Shown here piece after piece: positions 9,218 to 18,804 of a stretch of 64,000 nucleotides of DNA (positions within the stretch are counted from its first letter, which is position 1; every line of letters starts with the position of its first letter). Where the stretch lies: assembly GCA_934085825.1 (NCBI GenBank), contig CAKOHR010000001.1, positions 64,379 to 128,378 of the forward strand, in the 5' to 3' direction. The notes under the pieces are model-generated. The model saw only the letters and a program-made list of their open reading frames with translations. It made no database searches and was not told the DNA's origin. The translations under genes were made by a program, and so were the position numbers. This DNA comes from an uncultured Bacilli bacterium (GTDB lineage: Bacteria; Bacillota_I; Bacilli_A; RF39; UBA660).

Positions 9218-11479
9218 TTATTCTTCGACATTATTTTTTTCTAATTTTACTAAAACTTCACGTGGTTTTGATCCATTTTGTGGTCCAACTATGCCTCTTG
9301 ATTCTAAAAGATCCATCATTCTGGCGGCTCTATTGTAACCAAATCTGAATCTTCTTTGAATTAATGATGCACTAATTTTTCCTGTTTGTATAGCAAATTC
9401 TACGACATCATTGTAAGCATCGTCATCTTCTCCACCAATAGCGGTGTTTCCAGATCCACTTGAAGTATTTTGACTAACATTTTCAAATGTTTGATCATAT
9501 TTTGCTGTTCCTTGATTTTTACAAAAATCAATTAATTTTTTTATTTCGTCATCGTTTATAAAACATCCTTGAATTCTTGTCGGAGCAGATTCTCCCATTG
9601 GAAAATATAACATATCACCTTTACCAAGTAATCTTTCAGCACCTCTTTGGTCAAGAATTGTACGAGAGTCAATTTGTGAAGCAACAGCAAAAGCAATACG
9701 TGATGGAATATTGTTTTTAATTAAACCAGTGATGACATCAGTTGATGGTCTTTGAGTTGCTACTATAAGATGGATACCAGCTGCACGTGCAAGTTGAGTA
9801 ATACGAGTAATTGAATCTTCAACTTCTTTAGATGCAACAAGCATTAAGTCTGCAAGTTCGTCTATAATTACTACAATATATGGCATTTTTGTTTGAGGGT
9901 TTTCTGGATTCTTTTTATTATATTTTTCAATCATTTCGTTATATCCGGTTATATTTTTTACTTCTTTATCACTAAATATTTGAAATCTGTTATCCATTTC
10001 CGTAACAACTCTTTGAAGTGTTAGACTTGCTTTTTTAGGATCACTTACAACAGGACAAAGTAGGTGAGGGATACCATTATAATTTGTAAGTTCGACTTTT
10101 TTAGGGTCAACTAATACTAATTTTACTTCAGTTGGTTTATAACGCATTAATATTGATGCGATAATACTATTAATACAAACAGATTTACCTGAACCAGTAG
10201 AACCTGCAACTAGTAAGTGAGGCATCTTTGTTAAATCAAATATTTTTGGTGTTCCCATAATATCTTTACCTAAAGCAGCACATATTTTAGCATCACTTTT
10301 TAGGTTTTGCGGACTTTCAAGAACTTCTCTTAGAGTAACACTAGAAATTGATGGATTTGGAATTTCTATACCTATTGTACTTTTACCCGGAATAGGGGCT
10401 TGGATAATTACGTCTTTTGCAGCTAGTGCTAAAGCTATTTCTTTGTCTATACTTAGTACTTTATTTACCTTTGTTGCTGGTGGAACAGTAAGTTCATATT
10501 CTGTAACTGCTGGTCCAATGTGTATTTCCACAACTTTGGCAGCAATACCAAAATCTCTTAAAACTCTTTCAAGTATTTCTTTGTTACTTTGGGTAAACGT
10601 TGTGCTATTAACTTTTTTAGATTTTGGTGGATCAAATACTTCACCAAATTTTGGTAATCTATAACTTTCATCACCTTCATTTGTTACTTCTTCTTGTTTA
10701 GGTAAAGATTTTTCAAGAGATTCTTGATGGTTTGGTTTGTTTTTTAATTCTTCCATACTTGTGATTATAATTTTTTCTTTTTCAAGTGGTTTAATTTCAG
10801 GCATTTCTTTTATTTCATTACTATCGCTGATAGGAATTGGTTCTTCATGATTTTTTTCAGGCATTTCTTTTTTCTTTCTTTTAAATAAACTGAATACTTT
10901 AGCAAAAACATTTGATAAATTAAAGTTAAATGTCAGTATCGATGCAAATATACCAAGTATTACTAATATCACTATTGTTCCTGTTTTTCCAAATAAACCA
11001 TATAAAGCAGCACTAAATATAGCTCCGATGAAACCACCACCAATAACTACAGTTGTAACTCCAGAGGTATTTAAAGCATTTGATGCATTTATTGAAGATA
11101 TTCTTTCCATAAAATTATTATATGTTTCTAAAATGATTTCTTTAGGACTTTGTGTTATATTTAAAAATTCAAAATGACTTGCCACTAATAATATAATGAA
11201 AAAAATGTATAGGCCTATTAATTTTTGATCACTAAATTTTGGCATTTTTCTTTTATAAAGCATGTAAATACCTAATGCAATTAAGGATATTAAGATTATT
11301 ATCCACCAAGTTCCTGCTAAAAATATGGAAAACATTTTTATTAAAGAACCGATAAGTCCAAAACCAAAGCCAATTATTCCTAATAAGATAAGGATAAGAC
11401 CTGTAAGTTCTATACTATAATTGCTGTTATTATTTTCTTTTGTTTTTTTCTTCTTTGCCATTTTTATCACCTTAATCAT
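9218..11479 (-). CDS. ftsK: DNA translocase FtsK/SpoIIIE
   Basis: N-terminal polytopic membrane domain, a P/E-rich linker, a motor domain with Walker A GSTGSGKS and Walker B VVIIDELADL, and a C-terminal gamma (winged helix) domain. Confidence 0.9.
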   Translation of the reverse strand: MIKVIKMAKKKKTKENNNSNYSIELTGLILILLGIIGFGFGLIGSLIKMFSIFLAGTWWIIILISLIALGIYMLYKRKMPKFSDQKLIGLYIFFIILLVASHFEFLNITQSPKEIILETYNNFMERISSINASNALNTSGVTTVVIGGGFIGAIFSAALYGLFGKTGTIVILVILGIFASILTFNFNLSNVFAKVFSLFKRKKKEMPEKNHEEPIPISDSNEIKEMPEIKPLEKEKIIITSMEELKNKPNHQESLEKSLPKQEEVTNEGDESYRLPKFGEVFDPPKSKKVNSTTFTQSNKEILERVLRDFGIAAKVVEIHIGPAVTEYELTVPPATKVNKVLSIDKEIALALAAKDVIIQAPIPGKSTIGIEIPNPSISSVTLREVLESPQNLKSDAKICAALGKDIMGTPKIFDLTKMPHLLVAGSTGSGKSVCINSIIASILMRYKPTEVKLVLVDPKKVELTNYNGIPHLLCPVVSDPKKASLTLQRVVTEMDNRFQIFSDKEVKNITGYNEMIEKYNKKNPENPQTKMPYIVVIIDELADLMLVASKEVEDSITRITQLARAAGIHLIVATQRPSTDVITGLIKNNIPSRIAFAVASQIDSRTILDQRGAERLLGKGDMLYFPMGESAPTRIQGCFINDDEIKKLIDFCKNQGTAKYDQTFENVSQNTSSGSGNTAIGGEDDDAYNDVVEFAIQTGKISASLIQRRFRFGYNRAARMMDLLESRGIVGPQNGSKPREVLVKLEKNNVEE

Positions 11480-11533
11480 TATACCCTAATTTACAAAAAT
11501 ATTCAAATTATTTTTTGAAAAATTAGCCATAAT

Positions 11534-11557
11534 AAAAAGCCATGATGGCCTTTAATA
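11534..11557 (-). terminator. weak terminator after cotJC
   Basis: gcca tga tggc hairpin with a flanking T-run on the minus strand. Confidence 0.35.
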
Positions 11558-12118
11558 TTATTTATATCCTTTTTCTTTGTAGTAGTTGTATAGTTCTTCA
11601 AATCGGTTGAAATGAATAATTTCTCTTTGACGTAAAAATAGAAGTGGTTCAATAACTTTGGGGTCTGTTGCTAAATCAATTAAATGTTCATAAGCAACTC
11701 TAGCTTTTTGTTCTGCAGCCATGTCTTCAACTAAATCAGCAAGGGGATTACCAGTTACTGCAAATGTTGATGCATCAAAAGCTACACCATCAGCACTCAT
11801 TGGGAATACACCTTTACCATGTTCAGTGTAGAAACTTTCAAGCCCAGCATCCTTAATTTCTTCAATTGTTGCGTTTTCAATAAGTTGTGAAACAATTGTG
11901 GCAACCATTTCTAAATGTCCAAGTTCTTCTGTGGCTATATCGTTTAAAAGGGCTCTTCCTTTTTCATCTGGCATTGTAAATTTTTGATGAAAATATCTAA
12001 GTGCTGCACCTAGTTCACCAGCATAACCTCCGACTTGGGTTATGATAAGTTTAGCCATTTTTAAATCTTTTTTTGTTACATTAATTGGATAAGATAAATG
12101 TTTTACATATTTAAACAT
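11558..12118 (-). CDS. cotJC: spore coat protein CotJC (manganese catalase family)
   Basis: YPINV..LAKLIITQVGGYAGELGAALRYFHQKFTMP and EELGHLEMV match the CotJC/Mn-catalase ferritin-like motifs. Adjacent to a CotJB homolog. Confidence 0.85.
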   Translation of the reverse strand: MFKYVKHLSYPINVTKKDLKMAKLIITQVGGYAGELGAALRYFHQKFTMPDEKGRALLNDIATEELGHLEMVATIVSQLIENATIEEIKDAGLESFYTEHGKGVFPMSADGVAFDASTFAVTGNPLADLVEDMAAEQKARVAYEHLIDLATDPKVIEPLLFLRQREIIHFNRFEELYNYYKEKGYK

Positions 12119-12545
12119 ATTTTGTACCTCCTACATTTTCCCATGGCCAAGGTTTATTAATCCAATCAAATTTACTTAAAGATTCATTATCCATGACTTC
12201 AAGTGGACCATAACATTTTACGTATTCCATTTCTTTTTCACATGATTTTTCAGTTAATTCTTTAAACCTTTTTAACATTTCGGTATTTTCTGGGTGCAAG
12301 TCTAAGTAAATATTTAAATCATTAATTGCAAATGATAGTGCCATAATTTCTAAAAGTAATTCTTCTTGTTTACTATTAGCTATGAGTTTTGCTGCTTTAT
12401 ATTCTTTATATGGAATATATTCCTCTTGAAACATGTTTCCTTTAGAAAATCCATCAGGCACAGTAGTAAGCATATTTGCTTTATCAAATTTTACTTCTTT
12501 TGGTATTGCAAATCCAAAGAAACCTAAATTATCATCAAATAACAT
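12111..12545 (-). CDS. cotJB: spore coat protein CotJB, with a ~55-aa N-terminal extension (possible CotJA-like fusion)
   Basis: The C-terminal ~90 aa carry CotJB hallmarks (LNIYLDLHPEN, CYGPL, PWPWEN). The start overlaps the cotJC stop. Confidence 0.7.
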   Translation of the reverse strand: MLFDDNLGFFGFAIPKEVKFDKANMLTTVPDGFSKGNMFQEEYIPYKEYKAAKLIANSKQEELLLEIMALSFAINDLNIYLDLHPENTEMLKRFKELTEKSCEKEMEYVKCYGPLEVMDNESLSKFDWINKPWPWENVGGTKYV

Positions 12546-12632
12546 TTTTTTCCTCCCTAATTTATAGTATGTTTTACTTATAATGTGTATTGGGTTAATT
12601 ACTTAGGGTATACTAAATTAAATTATAAGTAA

Positions 12633-12661
12633 TTGACTTTAATAAGTTTTTATTTTAAAAT
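12633..12661 (+). promoter_or_regulatory. strong sigma-A-like promoter of Gly-rich paralog 1
   Basis: TTGACT, a 17-nt spacer, then TAAAAT, ending ~25 nt upstream of the ATG at 12687. Confidence 0.45.
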
Positions 12662-12686
12662 TAGTAATAGGATAGGTTAGAGGTAT

Positions 12687-14648
12687 ATGGACAGAATACG
12701 TGAAAAAATAAAGAAAATCCTTAATAAGGACGTAACAAGTCTTTTAAATAAACATAAAATTCTACTGGTAAGCATAGCTATAGTAGTTATTTTGTCGTGC
12801 GTTGGATTAATAGTTTCGTACGCATTTTATCAAGTTGTAGATACGACCCCAGTGATCTTGAGTACGACACCACAGATAGCAGATTTAGAAGTCAGGATTA
12901 TGGCAGAAGAAAGAGATACTAGTGGTAATGGGCTTAATAGTTATGCTATTTATCCATATATACCAAAAGCTGGATATAAATATGATGCTGGTATGAGTTA
13001 TTGTACAAATGGAAGTACTATTAATTACGATGCAAGTACTTATGATGCCAGTATAAATGCTACCGGGCATGATGTTTGTTATTTATATTTTAAATCAACA
13101 GCAAGCTTAGATATAACTTTAGAAGTTTATGCGGAAAATGTAGATAGTGATGGGGTTGGTAACGGAGAATATACAAAATTAGAAACTACATCTTTGCCAT
13201 CAATTGGATATGAACTTAATAGTAGTAAATCTTATTGTGTGTATGCAAATGATGAAAGTACTCATGTAACTGATACTACAGTTTCTTATAATTCTGATAA
13301 ACAAAAATTTACAGTAAACGCTAGAAAAAAAGGTGCAATTTGTAGGGCTTATATGGATGCAATGGATGTAGATATTGCTCTTAAAATATTTGTTCAAGCT
13401 AAGAAGGGCTCATCAACATATTATGAAGTTGATAAAATACCTGTAACTAGTTTCTATGCACTGAATACTGACAAGTCGGCGTGTACAGGTACATCGACAA
13501 TGTCAATTAAAAATCAAAAAGTTGTGATAGCAGCAACAAATAGAACAAATTGTGTTGCTTATTTAGATGTTTCTTCAGGCCCCTTTATAGAAAGCATGAG
13601 AGTTACAAATTCAGGAACAAGTGCAACAATTACACTTGGAAATAGTAATTTAGGAACAACGCCATCAACATATTATTATTCAAATGATGGTGGAAAAAAC
13701 TATGCAACAAGTACAAGTAACACATATACATTTACAAGTCAAGCAAATCCAAGTTATGCATATAAAGCATATAGTGCAGATGCATCAGGAAATACATCAA
13801 GAGTATTCGAAACATCAACTTATGGATATTATGGATTAGTAGATTATTCAAACCAAATACAGACTAAGACAATTACAGAATCTGGTTATTACAAATTAGA
13901 AACTTGGGGAGCTCAAGGCGGTGGAGATACTAAGTATGTTGGTGGATATGGTGGATATTCGGTTGGATATATTTATTTAAATCCAAATTCAACATTATAT
14001 CTTGCTATAGGTGGAGCTGGTGGTTATTGTACTGGTTCAAGTTGTACTTCAGTAGGAGGGTATAATGGCGGAGGAAACTGTAAAGCATATACAGATTCAA
14101 CATCAACATGTGGAGCTGGTGGTGGAGCTACTCATATAGCGACAATTCCAGGAGTGCTGGCATCATTAGAAAATAATAAAGACAGTATTTTAATAGTTTC
14201 TGGCGCAGGTGGCGGAGGAAATTACTGTAATGACTGGAATTATGCTTCTGGTGGCATGGGCGGCGGATTTACTGGTGGATCTGCAATAGATTTAGGGGCT
14301 CCAGATTTTTCTGCTAATGGTGGTTTAGATACCAAAGGCGGTACACAAGATGGAGGTTGGAAGTTTGGTTTAGGTCGTGGAAGTGAAGGAGCTAACTTTG
14401 TTGGAGGCGGCGGTGGTTATTATGGCGGTAATTCAACATTTATAAATGGCTCTGGTGGTGGTTCTGGTTATATTGGCAATCCATTATTAACAAATAAATC
14501 GATGTATTGTTATAATTGTACAACTAGTAATTTAGAGACAACAAAGACAATTTCTACGACATGCCATAGTTCAAATGCTACTGAAAATTGTGCAAAAGAG
14601 GGTAATGGTTATGCTATTATTACCTATATTGGGAGTGATTTAAGTTAA
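12687..14648 (+). CDS. membrane-anchored glycine-rich surface/secreted protein, tandem paralog 1 of 2
   Basis: 653 aa. A cytoplasmic N-terminus, then a TM anchor ending in an SYAFYQV motif. Next comes a Cys-containing N-domain. The C-terminal half is a Gly-rich region (WGAQGGG, GGYGGY, GGGATHI, IVSGAGGGG, GGGGGYYGG, SGGGSGYIGNPLL), ending in the conserved tail CHSSNATENCAKEGNGYAIITYIG. Confidence 0.8.
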   Translation: MDRIREKIKKILNKDVTSLLNKHKILLVSIAIVVILSCVGLIVSYAFYQVVDTTPVILSTTPQIADLEVRIMAEERDTSGNGLNSYAIYPYIPKAGYKYDAGMSYCTNGSTINYDASTYDASINATGHDVCYLYFKSTASLDITLEVYAENVDSDGVGNGEYTKLETTSLPSIGYELNSSKSYCVYANDESTHVTDTTVSYNSDKQKFTVNARKKGAICRAYMDAMDVDIALKIFVQAKKGSSTYYEVDKIPVTSFYALNTDKSACTGTSTMSIKNQKVVIAATNRTNCVAYLDVSSGPFIESMRVTNSGTSATITLGNSNLGTTPSTYYYSNDGGKNYATSTSNTYTFTSQANPSYAYKAYSADASGNTSRVFETSTYGYYGLVDYSNQIQTKTITESGYYKLETWGAQGGGDTKYVGGYGGYSVGYIYLNPNSTLYLAIGGAGGYCTGSSCTSVGGYNGGGNCKAYTDSTSTCGAGGGATHIATIPGVLASLENNKDSILIVSGAGGGGNYCNDWNYASGGMGGGFTGGSAIDLGAPDFSANGGLDTKGGTQDGGWKFGLGRGSEGANFVGGGGGYYGGNSTFINGSGGGSGYIGNPLLTNKSMYCYNCTTSNLETTKTISTTCHSSNATENCAKEGNGYAIITYIGSDLS

Positions 14649-14649
14649 A

Positions 14650-14679
14650 AAATACATGAAGAAAATCATGTATTTTTTG
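14650..14679 (+). terminator. rho-independent terminator after paralog 1
   Basis: atacatga agaaaa tcatgtat hairpin plus TTTTTT. Confidence 0.5.
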
Positions 14680-14725
14680 GATTTTTCAATTGTGAAAAGT
14701 TATCCTATAAATGGAGTACGTTATA

Positions 14726-14754
14726 TTGACAAATGTAAGTTTTTATTTTAAAAT
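14726..14754 (+). promoter_or_regulatory. sigma-A-like promoter of Gly-rich paralog 2
   Basis: TTGACA, a 17-nt spacer, then TAAAAT. The leader (14733-14779) is identical to the paralog-1 leader. Confidence 0.45.
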
Positions 14755-14779
14755 TAGTAATAGGATAGGTTAGAGGTAT

Positions 14780-16726
14780 ATGGACAGAATACGTGAAAAA
14801 ATAAAGAAAATCCTTAATAAGGACGTAACAAGTCTTTTAAATAAACATAAAATTCTACTGGTAAGCATAGCTATAGTAGTTATTTTGTCGTGCGTTGGAT
14901 TAATAGTTTCGTACGCATTTTATCAAGTTGTAGATACGACCCCAGTGATCTTGAGTACGACACCACAGATAGCAGATTTAGAAGTCAGGATTATGGCAGA
15001 AGAAAGAGATACTAGTGGTAATGGGCTTAATAGTTATGCTATTTATCCATATATACCAAAAGCTGGATATAAATATGATGCTGGTATGAGTTATTGTACA
15101 AATGGAAGTACTATTAATTACGATGCAAGTACTTATGATGCCAGTATAAATGCTACCGGGCATGATGTTTGTTATTTATATTTTAAATCAACAGCAAGCT
15201 TAGATATAACTTTAGAAGTTTATGCGGAAAATGTAGATAGTGATGGGGTTGGTAACGGAGAATATACAAAATTAGAAACTACATCTTTGCCATCAATTGG
15301 ATATGAACTTAATAGTAGTAAATCTTATTGTGTGTATGCAAATGATGAAAGTACTCATGTAACTGATACTACAGTTTCTTATAATTCTGATAAACAAAAA
15401 TTTACAGTAAACGCTAGAAAAAAAGGTGCAATTTGTAGGGCTTATATGGATGCAATGGATGTAGATATTGCTCTTAAAATATTTGTTCAAGCTAAGAAGG
15501 GCTCATCAACATATTATGAAGTTGATAAAATACCTGTAACTAGTTTCTATGCACTGAATACTGACAAGTCGGCGTGTACAGGTACATCGACAATGTCAAT
15601 TAAAAATCAAAAAGTTGTGATAGCAGCAACAAATAGAACAAATTGTGTTGCTTATTTAGATGTTTCTTCAGGCCCCTTTATAGAAAGCATGAGAGTTACA
15701 AATTCAGGAACAAGTTCAACAATAACACTGGGAAATAGTAATTTAGGAACAACACCATCAACATATTATTATTCAAATGATGGTGGAAAAAACTATGTAA
15801 CAAGTACAAGTAACACATATACATTTACAAGTCAAGTAAATCCAAGTTACGCATATAAAGCATATAGCGCAGATGCATCAGGAAATACATCAAGAGTATT
15901 TGAAACATCAACATATGGATACTATGGATTAGTAGATTATTCAAATCAAATACAAACAAAAACAATTACTGAACCTGGATATTATAAATTAGAAACTTGG
16001 GGAGCTCAAGGTGGAGGATATGGTGAGTATATAGGTGGATATGGAGCATATGCAATAGGATATATCAGACTTGATGCTGGTCCAGTGTATATTAATGTTG
16101 GTGGAGCTGGTAAGAGTGGTGTACAAAGTTCAGAAGGAATTGTTACTTCTGGAGGGTACAATGGCGGTGGAGCCAACACATCAAACAGTTATGGTATTGG
16201 AGGTACTGGTGGTGGAGCAACTCATATATCATTACGTTCTGGGTTATTGCAAACATTAAGTGATTATTTAAATGAGTTGTTAATAGTCTCAGCCGGAGGT
16301 GGCGGAGGTTCACAAGAAATAGGCTATATAGGTTATTGTTATGGTGGATCTGGCGGCGGTATAACAGGAACAGTGGGCTCGTTAAATCCTAACAGAGGTG
16401 ATGGTGGTCCCGGACTTGCAAGTGCACCTACACAAAGCAGTGGTTATGCATTTGGAGCTGGTCAACCAGGCGTTGGTTGGCAAGGCGCAGGTGGTGGCGG
16501 TTATTATGGTGGCATAGCAGGATGCGGTGGATCTGGTGGTTCATCCTACATTGGCAATCCTCTTTTAGTTAATAAATCAATGTATTGTTATAATTGTACA
16601 ACCAGTAGTGCTGAAGCCACTAAAACTGTTTCAACAACATGTCATAGCTCAAATGCTACTGAAAATTGTGCAAAAGAAGGTAATGGTTATGCTATTATTA
16701 CCTATATTGGCGAAAGTTTGGATTAG
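14780..16726 (+). CDS. membrane-anchored glycine-rich surface/secreted protein, tandem paralog 2 of 2
   Basis: 648 aa. The first ~310 aa are essentially identical to paralog 1, and divergence grows after that. The Gly-rich half is strongly diverged, but the last ~50 aa are conserved. Confidence 0.8.
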   Translation: MDRIREKIKKILNKDVTSLLNKHKILLVSIAIVVILSCVGLIVSYAFYQVVDTTPVILSTTPQIADLEVRIMAEERDTSGNGLNSYAIYPYIPKAGYKYDAGMSYCTNGSTINYDASTYDASINATGHDVCYLYFKSTASLDITLEVYAENVDSDGVGNGEYTKLETTSLPSIGYELNSSKSYCVYANDESTHVTDTTVSYNSDKQKFTVNARKKGAICRAYMDAMDVDIALKIFVQAKKGSSTYYEVDKIPVTSFYALNTDKSACTGTSTMSIKNQKVVIAATNRTNCVAYLDVSSGPFIESMRVTNSGTSSTITLGNSNLGTTPSTYYYSNDGGKNYVTSTSNTYTFTSQVNPSYAYKAYSADASGNTSRVFETSTYGYYGLVDYSNQIQTKTITEPGYYKLETWGAQGGGYGEYIGGYGAYAIGYIRLDAGPVYINVGGAGKSGVQSSEGIVTSGGYNGGGANTSNSYGIGGTGGGATHISLRSGLLQTLSDYLNELLIVSAGGGGGSQEIGYIGYCYGGSGGGITGTVGSLNPNRGDGGPGLASAPTQSSGYAFGAGQPGVGWQGAGGGGYYGGIAGCGGSGGSSYIGNPLLVNKSMYCYNCTTSSAEATKTVSTTCHSSNATENCAKEGNGYAIITYIGESLD

Positions 16727-16728
16727 TT

Positions 16729-16995
16729 ATGAAATGTAACAGATGTGGTAGTCCGCTTCCAAATGACGGAATTGTTTGCAAATTTTGTGGAGCTTTAATG
16801 GATCAAAAACAAATAGCTTATCAAAATAAAATGAAAGATAAAAATAGTGAAAGAATTGTCCTTTTAAGTGAAAAATATGGACATAAAAACAATATAGAAT
16901 ATCGTGAAGTTAAAGAAAATAAACTTCTGGGATTAATAATTATTTCTATTGTACTTGTATTTTTAATAATTTTGACCATATTAATAAATATATGA
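16729..16995 (+). CDS. zinc-ribbon domain membrane protein
   Basis: CNRCGSPLPNDGIVCKFCG (CxxC-x11-CxxC) followed by a C-terminal TM helix. The start lies 3 nt after the paralog-2 stop. Confidence 0.55.
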   Translation: MKCNRCGSPLPNDGIVCKFCGALMDQKQIAYQNKMKDKNSERIVLLSEKYGHKNNIEYREVKENKLLGLIIISIVLVFLIILTILINI

Positions 16996-17007
16996 GGAAG
17001 TGGAAAT

Positions 17008-17520
17008 ATGTTATTACTTTGCTTAAAGATATTTTTTGCTAGAATTATTGATGTAACTTTAGGTACAGTGAGAACTGTACTAGTTGTAAGAGGCCGAAGA
17101 TTTACTCCGGCCTTTATTGCATTTTTTGAAGTACTTATTTGGTTTGTAATCGCAAGAGAAGCATTGACTACAGATGTAACATCTATTTTAATACCAATTT
17201 GTTATGCTGCTGGTTATGCAACTGGAACTTATATTGGCGGTTTTATTTCTAATAATTTTGTTGATGGATTAATTGGGGTTCAAGTAACTACTAAAACAGG
17301 TAAGTTACAAAAAATGCTTAATGATATTAGAAAAGAAGGATTTGGTGTTTCTGTAATTGAACTTAAAAATCCTCAGGATAATGAAGATAAAAGTATGCTT
17401 TTAATTCAATTAAACAAGTCAAAGTTAAAGGTTTTAACACACATTGTTAGAAGCCATGATCCAGATGCATTCGTGGTTATAAACGAAACTAAATATGCAC
17501 AAAACGGAGTTATTAAGTAA
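17008..17520 (+). CDS. UPF0316/DUF2179 family membrane protein
   Basis: The N-terminus (IIDVTLGTVRTVLVVRGRRFTPAFIAFFEVLIWFV) is typical of UPF0316 proteins of Firmicutes, followed by a C-terminal soluble domain. Confidence 0.7.
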   Translation: MLLLCLKIFFARIIDVTLGTVRTVLVVRGRRFTPAFIAFFEVLIWFVIAREALTTDVTSILIPICYAAGYATGTYIGGFISNNFVDGLIGVQVTTKTGKLQKMLNDIRKEGFGVSVIELKNPQDNEDKSMLLIQLNKSKLKVLTHIVRSHDPDAFVVINETKYAQNGVIK

Positions 17521-17639
17521 ATAAAAAAATGCTCATTTTTTTCTTGTATACTAGGAAAGTCATCCAAAATTTGCAAAATAAAATCTTGATATATGGCCGA
17601 ACATATGATATAATTTAATTGTCCAAGGGGGATTGATTA

Positions 17640-18782
17640 ATGAATACTTATAGAGCATATAAATTAAGAATTTATCCTACTGATTTACAAAGAGAATTAA
17701 TTGAAAAAACTTTTGGGTGTACTAGATATATTTATAATAATTTTCTTGCAGAAAGAAAAAATAAATATGAAGAAAGTAAAATAAAAGTGCATGTTTATGA
17801 ACAGCTAAAAGAACTAACAGATTTAAAAAGGGAAAAAGAATGGTTAAGAGAAATAGATTCATGTGCTTTGCAAGCATCAGTATATAATTTAGATGATGCA
17901 TTTCAAGGATTTTTTCATGGTAAGGGCTATCCAAAATTTATGGCAAAAGGTGTACATGAAAGTTTTAGAACTAATAATACATTAAGTACTTATAAAAATA
18001 AAAAGTATGAAACTATCAGAGTAGATTTTAATAAAAGAATAATAACTTTACCAAAATTAAAAGAAGTAAAGTTTCGAGGATATAGAACAACTAAGGAAAT
18101 CGTAGGAAAAATAAAATCAGCAACAATAAGCAAGGATGCTAACAAATATTTTGTAAGCATCTTAGTTGAAGTGCCATTTTTTAAATATTCAATAAATCCA
18201 ACATCAATCGTGGGATTAGATTTAGGAATTAAAGATTTTATAGTAACATCAAATGGAGAAAAATTAAAAAATGAAGTAAAGATCAATGAGAAGAGATTAA
18301 AAGGATTACAAAGATGGTTAGCTAGATGCAAACCAGGAAGTAAAAATAGATATAAAGTAAAATTAAAAATACAAAGATTATATTTAAAAATTAGGAATGC
18401 CAGAAAATATATGATATATAAACTTGCAAATAATATCTTAAAGGAAAATGACATTGTAGCTGTTGAAACACTAGCTGTTAAAAGCATGTATCAAGTCCAT
18501 AAAATAGCTAAACACTTAAAAAACATACCTATCAGTGAATTTATACGAGTCTTAAAATACAAAGCAGATTGGTTAGGTAAAAAAGTTATTAGTATAAATA
18601 AATATTATCCAAGTAGTCAATGTTGTAATAGATGTGATTATAAAAATGAAGAAGTAAAGGATTTAAGTGTAAGAAAATGGATATGTCCAAGATGTGGATT
18701 TGAACATGACAGAGATATAAATGCAAGTGAAAATATAATGTTTGAAGGATTGAAAATATATATGAAAGAGTGTATAATATAA
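17640..18782 (+). CDS. tnpB: TnpB (OrfB) RNA-guided endonuclease / IS605-family transposase accessory protein
   Basis: 380 aa. N-terminus MNTYRAYKLRIYPT...Q.ELIEKTFGCTRYIYN, a RuvC-like core (GLDLGIKDF), and a C-terminal zinc finger CCNRC...CPRCG. Confidence 0.85.
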   Translation: MNTYRAYKLRIYPTDLQRELIEKTFGCTRYIYNNFLAERKNKYEESKIKVHVYEQLKELTDLKREKEWLREIDSCALQASVYNLDDAFQGFFHGKGYPKFMAKGVHESFRTNNTLSTYKNKKYETIRVDFNKRIITLPKLKEVKFRGYRTTKEIVGKIKSATISKDANKYFVSILVEVPFFKYSINPTSIVGLDLGIKDFIVTSNGEKLKNEVKINEKRLKGLQRWLARCKPGSKNRYKVKLKIQRLYLKIRNARKYMIYKLANNILKENDIVAVETLAVKSMYQVHKIAKHLKNIPISEFIRVLKYKADWLGKKVISINKYYPSSQCCNRCDYKNEEVKDLSVRKWICPRCGFEHDRDINASENIMFEGLKIYMKECII

Positions 18783-18804
18783 ATAAGAACAAAATGAATA
18801 TAAG

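Noticed and set aside
13900-14500. Gly-rich region considered as collagen-like triple-helix repeats
   Set aside because: There is no G-X-Y periodicity. Glycines occur in runs (GGGG, GGxGG) with aromatic and Cys residues, which is more consistent with polyglycine-type / Gly_rich domains.
16071-16259. 62-aa ORF in an alternative frame
   Set aside because: It is embedded in the same strand of Gly-rich paralog 2 and results from a GGT/GGA-rich sequence being open in another frame.
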